Shown here in pieces: positions 8,521 to 17,457 of a stretch of 30,539 nt of DNA. Source of the stretch: a virus (lineage: Duplodnaviria; Caudoviricetes); the IMG/VR virus record IMGVR_UViG_3300043184_000049, positions 1 to 30,539 of that record, one strand, 5' to 3'. Made by a program: the position numbers and the translations under genes. Each line of letters starts with the position of its first letter. Positions within the stretch are counted from its first letter, which is position 1. The notes beneath the pieces are model-generated. The model did not search any database and was not told the DNA's origin. It saw only the letters and a list, made by a program, of their open reading frames with translations.

Positions 8521-8945
8521 GCGCCGCCGTTGCGTCGGCGCGCCTCCTCTGCCAGGGCCGCCTGGCCGGCGGCAAAGGCCGCGCGCTGCCGCTCGACGGC
8601 AAGCCGCTGTTGTGCCAATTGCTGCCGCGCCGCCGCCTGCGCCAGGCCGCCTTGCAGCGTCTGGTCATAGGCCTGCTGGCCGGCCTGCACGCCCTGGAAC
8701 ACGCCCTGCCAGGGCGATCGCGGTTCCAAACTCGGCCCGTTCGCAGCCAGGATGCCCAGGCCCATGTTCAGCAGGCGGTTGCTCTGCGCGCGATCCTGAA
8801 GCGCATTGAAGTCCACCTGCGGCGGCTGCTGTGTCTGCTGCTGCGCCAGCAATCCGGGCGGCACCGGCGGTCCCTGCTGGTTCTCCGGCTTGTTGTGCCA
8901 GCCGGAAGCCCATTTCCATGCGTCGTCGAGGGTGAAACCGAACAT
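8493..8945 (-). CDS. Gln-rich ejection-cluster protein (150 aa); N-terminal part of the predicted 717-aa frameshift fusion
   Basis: ATG 6 nt after the upstream stop. Contains PPGLLAQQQ and LLNMGLGILAANGPS segments typical of internal-virion protein N-termini. Confidence 0.75.
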   Translation of the reverse strand: MFGFTLDDAWKWASGWHNKPENQQGPPVPPGLLAQQQTQQPPQVDFNALQDRAQSNRLLNMGLGILAANGPSLEPRSPWQGVFQGVQAGQQAYDQTLQGGLAQAAARQQLAQQRLAVERQRAAFAAGQAALAEEARRRNGGAPLAVPPPR

Positions 8946-8951
8946 GCTGCC

Positions 8952-9914
8952 CTACCGCCCCAGAAGGCCACCAAGTGCGCCCAGCCCCGCGATGCCCCAG
9001 CCCAGGGGGCCGCTGGCGCCAAGCGCAGACGCAAGGCCGGCGCCAGCCGCACCGCCGCCGATCAAGCCGGAAATGCCGCCGCCGCTGTTGTAGACCGGGC
9101 GCGTCTGCGTGCCCGTGCTGACCGTGCTGTAAGGCGACTGGCCGAGTGCCTGCTGGCGGATGAAGGCCTGCTGCAAATCATAGTCGCGCGCCTCGATGAA
9201 CTTCGCTTCATCCTGCGCCAGCCGCGTCTGGTCCATCGCCTGCTGGCTCTCGCCCACCGCGGCGAGCTGCTGCGCGTCGCTGCGCGTGATGTCGCTGGCC
9301 CGTGCTGCCGCGTTGACCGCTTCCGACCCCGCCTGCGCGCGCAGGCCGGCGCCCTGAAGATCGCGGTTCGCATCCGCGTTGAAGCCCTGCATCGCCTGTT
9401 GCCAGCCCTGGCTGAACAGGTTCGCGGTGGCATCGCCCGCGACCGTGATCGCCTCACGGTTCGTCAGCGCATCGGCCACACCCTGCCGACTGCCGCCGAA
9501 GGCGCCTGCGCGCAGGGCTGCATCCTCGGTGCCCGCGACCGCGGCGCGGCGCTGTTCGTCGATCGAGCGCAGCGTGGGGTTCAGCGTCGCTTGCAGGAAC
9601 GGGTTGATGTAGCCCGCCTGGTCGGCGTTCAGCCACGACTGCGGCGTGTAGCCGGCAGCGCCGGTGATGGCGCTGATGCCTGAATTGATCGCGCCCTGGT
9701 TCGCGCCGGCATTCTGGCGGATCAGCCCGAACGCCGCCTGCTGGTCGGGGCTGAACGGCGCGATCGTCTCGCCCTGATACTGTTGCAGCGGCCGGTTCGT
9801 GATCTCGGAAATCTGTTCGTAGTTGCCCTTGCTGGCTGCATCGACCCAGGCCGGCAGGGTGTTCCGGGTTTCCTGCACGACCGTCTGCGACTTGCCGCCA
9901 CCCTTACCGCCCAC
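8952..9914 (-). CDS. DNA-ejection/pilot protein (320 aa)
   Basis: GTG with AAGGAG RBS. MGGKGGGKSQTVVQ N-terminus, YINPF and AGAFGGSRQGV motifs, and a Gly-rich hydrophobic C-terminus. Confidence 0.75.
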   Translation of the reverse strand: MGGKGGGKSQTVVQETRNTLPAWVDAASKGNYEQISEITNRPLQQYQGETIAPFSPDQQAAFGLIRQNAGANQGAINSGISAITGAAGYTPQSWLNADQAGYINPFLQATLNPTLRSIDEQRRAAVAGTEDAALRAGAFGGSRQGVADALTNREAITVAGDATANLFSQGWQQAMQGFNADANRDLQGAGLRAQAGSEAVNAAARASDITRSDAQQLAAVGESQQAMDQTRLAQDEAKFIEARDYDLQQAFIRQQALGQSPYSTVSTGTQTRPVYNSGGGISGLIGGGAAGAGLASALGASGPLGWGIAGLGALGGLLGR

Positions 9915-10296
9915 CGTGCAACTCCTTCACCACCGTGACGCACGCCTTTCGCCAACCGTGGTGCCGCAAGGCCCGCACCCAGCCGTCGCGTCCTACGCCC
10001 GTGAGTTTCGATGCGCCGATCTCGCGCGCCCAGGCCGCAACACGCTCCGAAATCGGAACTACGCGGTCCAACCGCCCCGCGACTATCCAGCAACGCACCT
10101 CGCGATAGCGCGGGTGATCCAGCACCTCGGTGACGATGCACGACCCCGGTCCTTCCTCATCCAGCCACAGTTGCGCATGCCCGGTGCGGATCAGGTTCGA
10201 CAGGTCGTCGAAATCGTGTGTGTCGCCGCCGTGCGCCAGCGCCTCCTCGATCTGCGGCCGGCAGGCATCGAGGGCAACGGTGATGCGGTCAGGCAT
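9904..10296 (-). CDS. GNAT-fold-like morphogenesis protein (130 aa)
   Basis: SCIVTEV..HPR and AAWAREIGASKLTGVGRDGWVRAL..HGW. Sits between the tail hub and the ejection genes, a usual position in podoviruses. Confidence 0.65.
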   Translation of the reverse strand: MPDRITVALDACRPQIEEALAHGGDTHDFDDLSNLIRTGHAQLWLDEEGPGSCIVTEVLDHPRYREVRCWIVAGRLDRVVPISERVAAWAREIGASKLTGVGRDGWVRALRHHGWRKACVTVVKELHGGR

Positions 10297-10516
10297 CGCT
10301 GGCGATCACCAGGGCGCCCGCGTTCGAGACGCTGACGCGCCAGCGCGCGCCGTTCGGCGAGACGAGCACCAAGTATTCCTGCGGTCCGCGCGCACGCTGT
10401 TCCACGGCCGCCATCTGGCGGGCAAGCTCGGCGCGCAGCCGGTCCTGGTCGGCGCGGTCATACCGCTCGGCCGCCTGCGGCAACGAAACCTGCGGCACAT
10501 AGGGCGCAACCGTCAT
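10289..10516 (-). CDS. Small virion protein (75 aa)
   Basis: Short helix followed by an LVSPNGARWRVSVSNAGAL beta motif; overlaps both neighbours. Confidence 0.65.
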   Translation of the reverse strand: MTVAPYVPQVSLPQAAERYDRADQDRLRAELARQMAAVEQRARGPQEYLVLVSPNGARWRVSVSNAGALVIASDA

Positions 10517-12006
10517 CGGCGCGCGCCCTGCCCGGCATGCAACACCAGCGAGCCGAGCTTCCAGCCCACGTCATCGGCACCGCGCACGGTGAAGCTGGCG
10601 CGCCGGCCGGTGAACCGGCAATCCGCCGCGCCATCGGGCCGCGTGAAGCTGTAGGGGCCGCGCGCCGTGGGCACGCTGTTCGGCTTGTCGCGCACGGCGA
10701 CCTCGATGTTGAAGCCCTCGGGCCGCACCACGGTGTCGCTTTCGATCATCGTCACCACCACCTCACGATCGCCGGTGCCGATCTTCAGCGGCGCGGTGGT
10801 GGCGAAGATGCCGGCGGCGCGCGGCGCCCCATCGTCCAGCCAGCCGAATTCGTGCTGATACAGCCGCCCCGCAGGTGATGCGGCGATGGGCCGATCGTCG
10901 CCAGGCACTTCCGTCATGGCGGTGCGGTCAAGCAGCCCCGTTGCCCACCATCCTTCCCGGAAGCTGTAGGTCGCGTAGCGCCGCGCGCCTGCGCGGTCGG
11001 TGTAGAACCACCACACCTCGCCGCGCGCGAAATTCACGCCGGACGAAACTTCGCCGTCGTTCAGCCGGCGCGTGTCGTCGGGCACCAGTGCCTCGATCGT
11101 GCACGGCAGGCGCCGCACCGCACCGTCGAACACCCAGAAACCGTTGCTGGCCAGCCAATATGCGGCACCGCCGGCCACCGCCACGCCACCCGGCCCCACG
11201 CACCCGCAGTTGCCGGCCAGCCGCTGCACGCCGTAGGTGAAGGGGCGGCCGACGAAGCTCAGCAGGTGCGCGTCGGTGTCAGTCAGGATCAGCGTGCCGC
11301 CCCGGATTTTGGCATGCGCGCGATAGACGCCGTTGGTGTTCATGCGCAGGTCGCCGCTGTTGTTCAGCGGGTCAGTGCTGGGCGCCCAGACGGCCAGGTC
11401 TTCGCGCTTGCACCACTGGATTTTGCGCGGGTCGCCGCCGGCCGCGAAAGCCACTAGGTGCCGCTCGTCAGTCACGGCGACGCCGCGCGCGGTCGGCGCG
11501 CCAAGCAACGCCGCGGCCTGCGCCGCAAACAAATCCCAGCGGTAGATCGCGCCGTTGTCGTTCGGGCAGGCGATCAGGTCCTGCCCCCAGTTGTCGAGAG
11601 ACCATACCCGCGCGGCCAACGTGATGCCGCTGCCGATGCGCTTGCGGCCATACTTGCCGCGCCCGTATGGGCCGGCGCCGTAGCCCAGGCCCGGCGCGCT
11701 GTAGGCGCGGCCGGCGGTCAAGCCGGCGGGCGTGATGTCGGCAACACTGCTGCCCGACCAGGCATACAGTTTGGTGTTCGTGCCGATGGCGACGCGGCGC
11801 TGAAGATCGTTCGCGGTCCATGCGTGCAGCGCACGCGGCACGCCATCAAGCACCTGTTCAAACGCCCGCCCCCATCCGCCGATCGGCTGCAACGCGCCGT
11901 CCACCCAGCGCACCTGGTTGGCTGAACGCCAGCGCCCGGAGGCCTGTTCGTCCGTGCTGTTCGCCACCACGCCAGGCGGCAGGGTGATGGGCAGAGGCTG
12001 CTTCAC
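10513..12006 (-). CDS. Tail hub/nozzle (DNA stabilisation protein, P22 gp10-like), 497 aa
   Basis: Start reassigned to GTG 12006 (GTGA overlap). ITLPPGV..GRW...VRW, GYGAGPYGRGKYG, WSLDNWGQDL and FARGEVWWFY; beta-propeller-like pattern. Confidence 0.8.
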   Translation of the reverse strand: MKQPLPITLPPGVVANSTDEQASGRWRSANQVRWVDGALQPIGGWGRAFEQVLDGVPRALHAWTANDLQRRVAIGTNTKLYAWSGSSVADITPAGLTAGRAYSAPGLGYGAGPYGRGKYGRKRIGSGITLAARVWSLDNWGQDLIACPNDNGAIYRWDLFAAQAAALLGAPTARGVAVTDERHLVAFAAGGDPRKIQWCKREDLAVWAPSTDPLNNSGDLRMNTNGVYRAHAKIRGGTLILTDTDAHLLSFVGRPFTYGVQRLAGNCGCVGPGGVAVAGGAAYWLASNGFWVFDGAVRRLPCTIEALVPDDTRRLNDGEVSSGVNFARGEVWWFYTDRAGARRYATYSFREGWWATGLLDRTAMTEVPGDDRPIAASPAGRLYQHEFGWLDDGAPRAAGIFATTAPLKIGTGDREVVVTMIESDTVVRPEGFNIEVAVRDKPNSVPTARGPYSFTRPDGAADCRFTGRRASFTVRGADDVGWKLGSLVLHAGQGARR

Positions 12007-12959
12007 GCGGCCCGCCGTCGGCGCTTCGGCGCGCTCACCAGCGCGTCGCCGCGGAAGATCACCTCGTCGCCCTGCACCTCCGCCATCTCGGGCGGCAGCA
12101 GCCGGCCGCGGCGGAACGTGCACACGCCGAACCCTTCCGCCCAGGGCGAAGGCGTGCCGCGGCGGTAGCGGAACTGCGGGCCGTGCGCCGGGCCAAGCAT
12201 GCCCAATTCCAGCGCGTAGGCGCGGCGCACGAAGTTGGTGTAGGTTTCGATCTTGCCGCGGTGCGTGTGCGCCGTGCAGATCGAGGCGCCGCCCTTCAGC
12301 AGGTTGTTGTAGCTGGCATGGATGCCCTGATGCCACTTGTGCATCACGATCAGTTCCTGGTCGTTGATGTCATACGACCAGGCCTCTGCCCAGGCGGGCA
12401 GGTGATCCTTCAGGCGGAACCCGTGAACCTGTTCAAACTGGTCGGCATTGTTCGCAAGCAAGGTGTCGATGCGCTCATCGTGGTTGCCGATGGTGCGCAG
12501 CAGCTCGGCATCCGGCGCCGCCGCCTCGATCTCGGCCAGCGCCTGCTTCACCGCCGCCAGTTCGTCGCGCACGGCGGGCGCGTGCATCCAGCCGATGCGC
12601 CCGTGGCGGCTGATCCGCGCGCCATCGAAAATGTCGCCGTTCAGGATCACCGCGGCGGGCTTCAGCGCCTGACAGGCGTGCACGAAACCGCGCAGCGCCA
12701 GCGAATGCTTCACGCCCGGCCACGCGTGCAGGTCGGCGCCAAGCAGCACCACCCCTTCGTCGATGCGCAGCGGCAGTTTCTCGGGATAGACGACATCGAT
12801 CTGGTCAACGACCAGTTCGGGCGCATCCTGCGCGCGCAGCATCGACAGGCGGGCCTGCACGGTGCGGATGTGGATACCAAGCTTCTGCGCCGTGCGCAGC
12901 GCATTGCGCCCTGCCGTAATGTAGGCGTTCAGGAACTCCTCGCGCGAGACGCGGGTCAT
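12003..12959 (-). CDS. Calcineurin-like metallophosphoesterase with N-terminal HTH-like segment
   Basis: Metal-binding motifs ADLH, LNGDIFD, GNHD, MH and AHTH. N-terminal ALRTAQKLGIHIRTVQARL. Confidence 0.85.
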   Translation of the reverse strand: MTRVSREEFLNAYITAGRNALRTAQKLGIHIRTVQARLSMLRAQDAPELVVDQIDVVYPEKLPLRIDEGVVLLGADLHAWPGVKHSLALRGFVHACQALKPAAVILNGDIFDGARISRHGRIGWMHAPAVRDELAAVKQALAEIEAAAPDAELLRTIGNHDERIDTLLANNADQFEQVHGFRLKDHLPAWAEAWSYDINDQELIVMHKWHQGIHASYNNLLKGGASICTAHTHRGKIETYTNFVRRAYALELGMLGPAHGPQFRYRRGTPSPWAEGFGVCTFRRGRLLPPEMAEVQGDEVIFRGDALVSAPKRRRRAA

Positions 12960-13264
12960 GCCGGCGGGTCCGGATCGATGTCAAGAAGCTGGGCGATCCG
13001 CTGCGGCGACCAGCCCAGCGCGGCGCCGGCCGCGGCAAGCTGCGGGTCGTCATTCCAGAAGAACGTGACAGCGCCCAGGAACAGCCGCTGCCGGCGCGGC
13101 AGCAGGGTGACGAACAGTTCGTAGTCAACCTGTTCCAGGTCGTTCATGCGATCGATGAAGGTGCTTTTGCGCACGCGCCACCGCGGCGGCCGTTCCGGCG
13201 CCTGCACGGCGATCTCGCCGGGTCGCGCTTCGCGCAAGCGGCCATCTTCCAGCACCTGCGGCAT
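12956..13264 (-). CDS. Hypothetical protein, possible tail-fibre chaperone (102 aa)
   Basis: Start reassigned to ATG 13264 (TGATG with the fibre stop); directly downstream of the tail fibre. Confidence 0.55.
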   Translation of the reverse strand: MPQVLEDGRLREARPGEIAVQAPERPPRWRVRKSTFIDRMNDLEQVDYELFVTLLPRRQRLFLGAVTFFWNDDPQLAAAGAALGWSPQRIAQLLDIDPDPPA

Positions 13265-14241
13265 CAGGCGAGCACCACGTTGTGAATGGTCAGCGACGAC
13301 CCTGCTTGCAGGTTCACGCCGCCCGGATCGCGAACGCGGATGTTGGTGATGGCCTGGCTGGCGTTGTTGTGCCTGCCGGTGAAATTCATGATGCCCGTGT
13401 TCGCATCCTGGAAGCACTGGCCCCAGATATGCTTCGCGCGACTGGCCTGGTTCACGATCTCGAACCGGAAGCCCGTGTTCTGGCTGGCGTAGCCCAGGCT
13501 GTCCTGAAGCATGCGCAGGCCCGCGCCATTCGTGCTTGAAATTCCGCGCGAGTTCGAGGCGTCGGCGCCAAGTGCGCAGAAAGCCCACCCAGCAATCGTC
13601 CAGGTCGTGCCCCCGTCATAGGACACCTCGATCTGGATGTTCGTGATCATGGCACTGAAAATCGCCTGGCCCTCGACGATCAGGCGCCCGCCAGCCGGCA
13701 CGGTGGCGCTGATCGCCGCCGCCGCCGATCCGAGCGACTGCGCGGAGACGAACGTCAGGGCCGCGTCACGCCAGCCGCGCACCCCGGCACCGTCGGTGCC
13801 GTAGACCTTGCTGTTGCCCGGCGCGGCCATGTCGTTCACCAGGTTCAGCGTTCGGTCCGCGGTCAGGTCGCCGCCGCCGGCCAGACTGTGCTGCGTGGTG
13901 ATCTGGCGCACGGTGAGCGCGTCAAGCTGCTGCTTGGCGACCGGGTGCAGCGCAAGCGTCGCATTGCCGTCCAGCACGATCTTGCCGGTCATGGTGCCGC
14001 CCGCACGCGCCAGCGCGGCGTTCGCGGTTGTCTGGGCTGTGGCCGCCGTCGTCTGCGCTGCCGTGGCTGCCGCGCTGGCGGCGGTCGCCGCGGTGCTTGC
14101 CGCCGCCGCCTCGTTCTGGCGGTTTTTCACCTGGGTATCAATCGTGTCCAAGTTGGCGTTCAGCTTGACGCCCCAGGTGTCGTCGCTGGCGCCGTCCTCC
14201 GGCTTCGTCAGGGCGTAGTTCGTCGTGAATGTATCGGGCAT
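13264..14241 (-). CDS. Tail fibre protein (325 aa)
   Basis: N-terminal anchor [35 protein letters not shown], an Ala/Thr coiled coil, and fibre motifs [15 protein letters not shown] and [13 protein letters not shown]. Confidence 0.85.
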   Translation of the reverse strand: MPDTFTTNYALTKPEDGASDDTWGVKLNANLDTIDTQVKNRQNEAAAASTAATAASAAATAAQTTAATAQTTANAALARAGGTMTGKIVLDGNATLALHPVAKQQLDALTVRQITTQHSLAGGGDLTADRTLNLVNDMAAPGNSKVYGTDGAGVRGWRDAALTFVSAQSLGSAAAAISATVPAGGRLIVEGQAIFSAMITNIQIEVSYDGGTTWTIAGWAFCALGADASNSRGISSTNGAGLRMLQDSLGYASQNTGFRFEIVNQASRAKHIWGQCFQDANTGIMNFTGRHNNASQAITNIRVRDPGGVNLQAGSSLTIHNVVLA

Positions 14242-14849
14242 CAGAAGCTCCGGCGGGGGCGTGCGACAAGCGCGGCGCCGCTGAAGCGCGCCCGCTCGTC
14301 GGCCTGTTCCAGTTCAGCGACGGCGCGTTCGTAGCCCGCGTTCCAGGTGCCGATGCGCTCGTCGTCGCGCAGATACGGCGCGCTGTGCACCAGCGTGCCG
14401 TATAGGTAGAGATCAGGGGCCGCAGTCAGCAGCCATGATGTCGGTGTGCCCGCGGTGATGCGCGGCGGCACCGCATAGTAGACCAGCCGCAGCACCTCGG
14501 TGACCGGCGGCGAGACGCGCACGGTATCGCCCGTGTAAGTGTAGGCCTCGCCCGTGCTGCCCGTCTCGGCCGAGGCATCCCAGAACCGCCGCGGCGGCAG
14601 GAAGTCCAGATGACGCGGGCGATCGGTTTTGGTGGACAGGCTGATGGCTTCGGCGAAATCGGCGGGCGCCGGTGCGACGCCGGCCGTCACCGGCAGGTCG
14701 GCCACCGTCACCTGGTCCTGAAGCCGCAAGCGGCGGCCGATGCCGGCGTCGCACAGCGTGATGAAATCAGGGATGCGCGTGGTCAGGGAGGCGTTGTCCA
14801 GCCACCCTTCCGCCGCCTCGATCAGTTCGGAGTAGTTGCCGATCGGCAC
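14241..14849 (-). CDS. Head-tail adaptor (tail tubular A-like) protein
   Basis: [24 protein letters not shown] and [28 protein letters not shown]; position after the capsid gene. Confidence 0.8.
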   Translation of the reverse strand: MPIGNYSELIEAAEGWLDNASLTTRIPDFITLCDAGIGRRLRLQDQVTVADLPVTAGVAPAPADFAEAISLSTKTDRPRHLDFLPPRRFWDASAETGSTGEAYTYTGDTVRVSPPVTEVLRLVYYAVPPRITAGTPTSWLLTAAPDLYLYGTLVHSAPYLRDDERIGTWNAGYERAVAELEQADERARFSGAALVARPRRSF

Positions 14850-14852
14850 CGC

Positions 14853-15146
14853 TCAGAACCTCCCGTCGGTGATCCGGAAGCGGAAATTGTCGCGGTCGTT
14901 CGCCCACCGCTTCCACGCCTTGTCGTCGTGGAACCAACCCTCGCGCATCGCCTGTTCGACGATGAACTCGGGCACTTCGGCCACCGGCTTCCAGCCGGGG
15001 TCGCGGTAGTCGTTCGCGTCGCGCAGCGTGCGCACCCAATCCAGCGTCGGCTGCACGTCCTGGCGCGTTTCCAGCACCGTGGTTTCATCGTCCGCGTGAA
15101 CCACGCGAACGATGTCCCCATCGGCGTCAAGGATGCGACGAAGCAC
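14853..15146 (-). CDS. Hypothetical phage protein downstream of the capsid gene (97 aa)
   Basis: QDVQPTLD..PVAEVP..WANDRDNFRFRITDG pattern; GAGG RBS. Confidence 0.7.
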   Translation of the reverse strand: MLRRILDADGDIVRVVHADDETTVLETRQDVQPTLDWVRTLRDANDYRDPGWKPVAEVPEFIVEQAMREGWFHDDKAWKRWANDRDNFRFRITDGRF

Positions 15147-15159
15147 CCCGTCGCCTCGA

Positions 15160-16131
15160 TCAGGTCAGGTCGAACAGGGCGCTGTGCGCGCCTTCGTTGC
15201 GCACCTCGATGCCCCACTCGGCCAACAGCAGCTTGGCTTGGTTGTCGCCCGTCTTCGCGATGTCGATGCTCTGCATCGGCCGCAGGTAGGACACGGCCGC
15301 GTATTCGGGGTCGAGCAGGAACAGGTCGCGCGCCTGCATGAAGCGGTTCGGCACCACCTTCAGGTCGCCAAAGTCGCTGCTGTAGATCGTCACGCCGGCC
15401 GTGATCTTCTGCGCCGGCACGATGATCTGCTGGCCGGCGCGGCCGGTGAAGCCGGCGATCGCCACCTTCTTGTCGCCGCTGCACACGATCATGCTGGGTT
15501 CCGCGCCGTTCGACCAGGCGATCTGCATCTGGTTGCGCAGCAGCGTCTCAGTCAGCGCCCGCTGGGTGCCGTCGGTGCGCACGCTGGTCAGCGTCGCCAG
15601 CACGGGGTTGGCGCCGCCGGTGCCCATGCCCTGGCCCACGGCATAGGCGCCGCCGTTGGCGGCCCCGGTGACCAGGAAGTTGCGCAGGCTGCGGGTGATG
15701 CGCGCGGTGCCGACGGCACCGGCGTTGGCGGCACGGCTGGCGGTCAGGATCAGTTCCATGTCGCGCTTCAGCTCGCGGCCCTTCTTCGCGATCTGGTATG
15801 CCAGTTCGCTCTTCCGGCCGGCGCGCTTGGTCGCTTCCTGCGTGCCGGAAACCGTCGCGTCCTTGAAGCTGATCTGGCAGACGTTGTTCAGCCGCACGGG
15901 TGGCGTGCTGGCCTGGCGCGGCGTGTCGTCGCCTTCGAGCTGGTGGTTGGTGTTCGCAGCCGCCGCCAGCGTATCCGTCTGCCAGTCGAACTGCACGGCA
16001 TCGACGCTGCGCCGGGGCAGCGCCGACAGCACGGGCGTCTCGGTCGGCGCGATGTTGTAGATCACATCCGAGAGGTCTTCGCGGATGCCCACGTTGCCGT
16101 AGGTGGTGAACGTATTGGCCGGGAGGGCCAT
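15160..16131 (-). CDS. Major capsid protein (DUF5309/SU10-like)
   Basis: GIREDLSDVIYNIAPTETP, WQTDTL, ELAYQIAKKGRELKRDME and YSSDFG; AAGGA RBS. Confidence 0.92.
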   Translation of the reverse strand: MALPANTFTTYGNVGIREDLSDVIYNIAPTETPVLSALPRRSVDAVQFDWQTDTLAAAANTNHQLEGDDTPRQASTPPVRLNNVCQISFKDATVSGTQEATKRAGRKSELAYQIAKKGRELKRDMELILTASRAANAGAVGTARITRSLRNFLVTGAANGGAYAVGQGMGTGGANPVLATLTSVRTDGTQRALTETLLRNQMQIAWSNGAEPSMIVCSGDKKVAIAGFTGRAGQQIIVPAQKITAGVTIYSSDFGDLKVVPNRFMQARDLFLLDPEYAAVSYLRPMQSIDIAKTGDNQAKLLLAEWGIEVRNEGAHSALFDLT

Positions 16132-16148
16132 GTGGGTGTTCCTTCGCC

Positions 16149-17117
16149 TTAGATCAGGTGTTCGATGACGGAAGCCGCGTCACGCAGGCTTCCGGATTTG
16201 GCGAAACGGGTCTGTGCATCACGCTGCGCGCGCCGAGGGCCGGAAGTCGGCACCTGGGTGACGCGCTGGGCAGGGCCGGGGGCGGCAGCGAGCTTCGGCC
16301 GGGCGTTCTGGAGCCGATCGTAAGCCATGGCCTTGCGCACCAGCAGCAGCAGGCGATGGTCCGCCAGGGAGTTGATCTCCTCGGCGGTAGCGCCGGCCGC
16401 TTCCAAATAAGTGCGCATCTCGCCGCGCTCGCGCTCGAACACTTCGGGCTTTGCCAGTTCCGGCACCGCCTTCAGCAGCTTCTCGCGCTCCTCGGCCAGC
16501 TTGGCCTTGATCGTCTCGATCGCCTTCGCCTCTTCCGCCTGGGCCAGGCGGTCGCGCTCGGCGCGCACCGCGTTCTGCTGCTGCGTGTGGCGCTGCCACT
16601 TCGCCCATTCGGAGGCGAAGCCGATCGGGTCCTCGGCTTCCAGCTTCGCCCAGTCGGGTTCCGCGCCCGCCTGGTCCTGCAAGATACGCTGCACCGCCGG
16701 CAGGAGCTGCGCGAGCCGGGCCTGTTCGGCCGTGATCGCGCGCGACATCTCCTCCGCCTGCCGACGCATGTCGGCCAGTGCCTGCGTCTTCTTCGTGTAG
16801 TCCGCCTGCCGCAGGTAGCCTTCGGCGATCTCCGCGCGCGACAGCGTGACCGCCTTGCCGTCGATCTCGACGGTGACGGTATCGGCTGGCGCCTCGGCAT
16901 CGTCTTCGGCTGCCTCGGGGTCGGCGTCGGCCTGCGCGTCCGCCTGCGCCTCGTCGGCGCCCGTTTCGTCGGCGGCCTCGGCGGCCTGGTCCTGATCCTC
17001 GACCTGCGCGGTCTGCCCCGGCTTCTTGGGGTCCAGCAGGTCGGCGATAGCCGCTGCCGCAGCGTCCAGGCCATCGCTGGTCGTGGTGCTCTCGGCGGGT
17101 GCGGTCGTCGTGTCCAT
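16149..17117 (-). CDS. Capsid scaffolding protein
   Basis: Acidic N-terminus, VEIDG..EGYLRQADYTKKTQ, PDWAKL..EDP, C-terminal KSGSLRDAA. Confidence 0.88.
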   Translation of the reverse strand: MDTTTAPAESTTTSDGLDAAAAAIADLLDPKKPGQTAQVEDQDQAAEAADETGADEAQADAQADADPEAAEDDAEAPADTVTVEIDGKAVTLSRAEIAEGYLRQADYTKKTQALADMRRQAEEMSRAITAEQARLAQLLPAVQRILQDQAGAEPDWAKLEAEDPIGFASEWAKWQRHTQQQNAVRAERDRLAQAEEAKAIETIKAKLAEEREKLLKAVPELAKPEVFERERGEMRTYLEAAGATAEEINSLADHRLLLLVRKAMAYDRLQNARPKLAAAPGPAQRVTQVPTSGPRRAQRDAQTRFAKSGSLRDAASVIEHLI

Positions 17118-17148
17118 GGGGGTGCTCTACGTCCTTGCGGCGTGAAGG

Positions 17149-17163
17149 TGTCTATCCGGCAAC
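17149..17163 (-). promoter_or_regulatory. Conserved motif GTTGCCGGATAGACA, ending 32 nt upstream of the scaffold start
   Basis: Exact match to the copy at 22394; contains the TAG stop of the upstream gene. Confidence 0.75.
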
Positions 17164-17457
17164 ATCGGGCTGCTGCGAAATCCGGTGCTGGTCCAGCGTG
17201 TGCGCGTCGGCCAAAGCTTGCAGGCGCACGCGCAGCATGCGCAACGCGCGCTGCGCGGCATGCAGCAGCTCGCGGCCGGCGGCGTCGCGCGGCTCGCTGC
17301 GCGCCCAGGCCTCGGCATACAGGCGTTCCTCCGTCGCGAAGGCTTCCGCGACCACCGGCTCGTCAAGCAGGCGCTTGGCTGCCGCCTGAAGGTTCCGCAA
17401 CCGGGTCGGGTTGAGGGTTTCCTGTGCCGCCAGCAAGGTTTGCAGCGTCTCCTGCAC
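17152..17457 (-). CDS. Small protein between portal and scaffold (101 aa)
   Basis: GGGAG RBS before GTG. AKRLLDEPVVAEAF..W...RE pattern. Overlaps the portal 3' end by 95 nt. Confidence 0.7.
   Translation of the reverse strand: MQETLQTLLAAQETLNPTRLRNLQAAAKRLLDEPVVAEAFATEERLYAEAWARSEPRDAAGRELLHAAQRALRMLRVRLQALADAHTLDQHRISQQPDVAG

Noticed and set aside
8543-8549. GAGGAGG as an internal SD stimulating the frameshift
   Set aside because: It lies 22 nt upstream of the heptamer, farther than the roughly 10-14 nt usual for -1 stimulators, and is explained by Glu-Glu codons.
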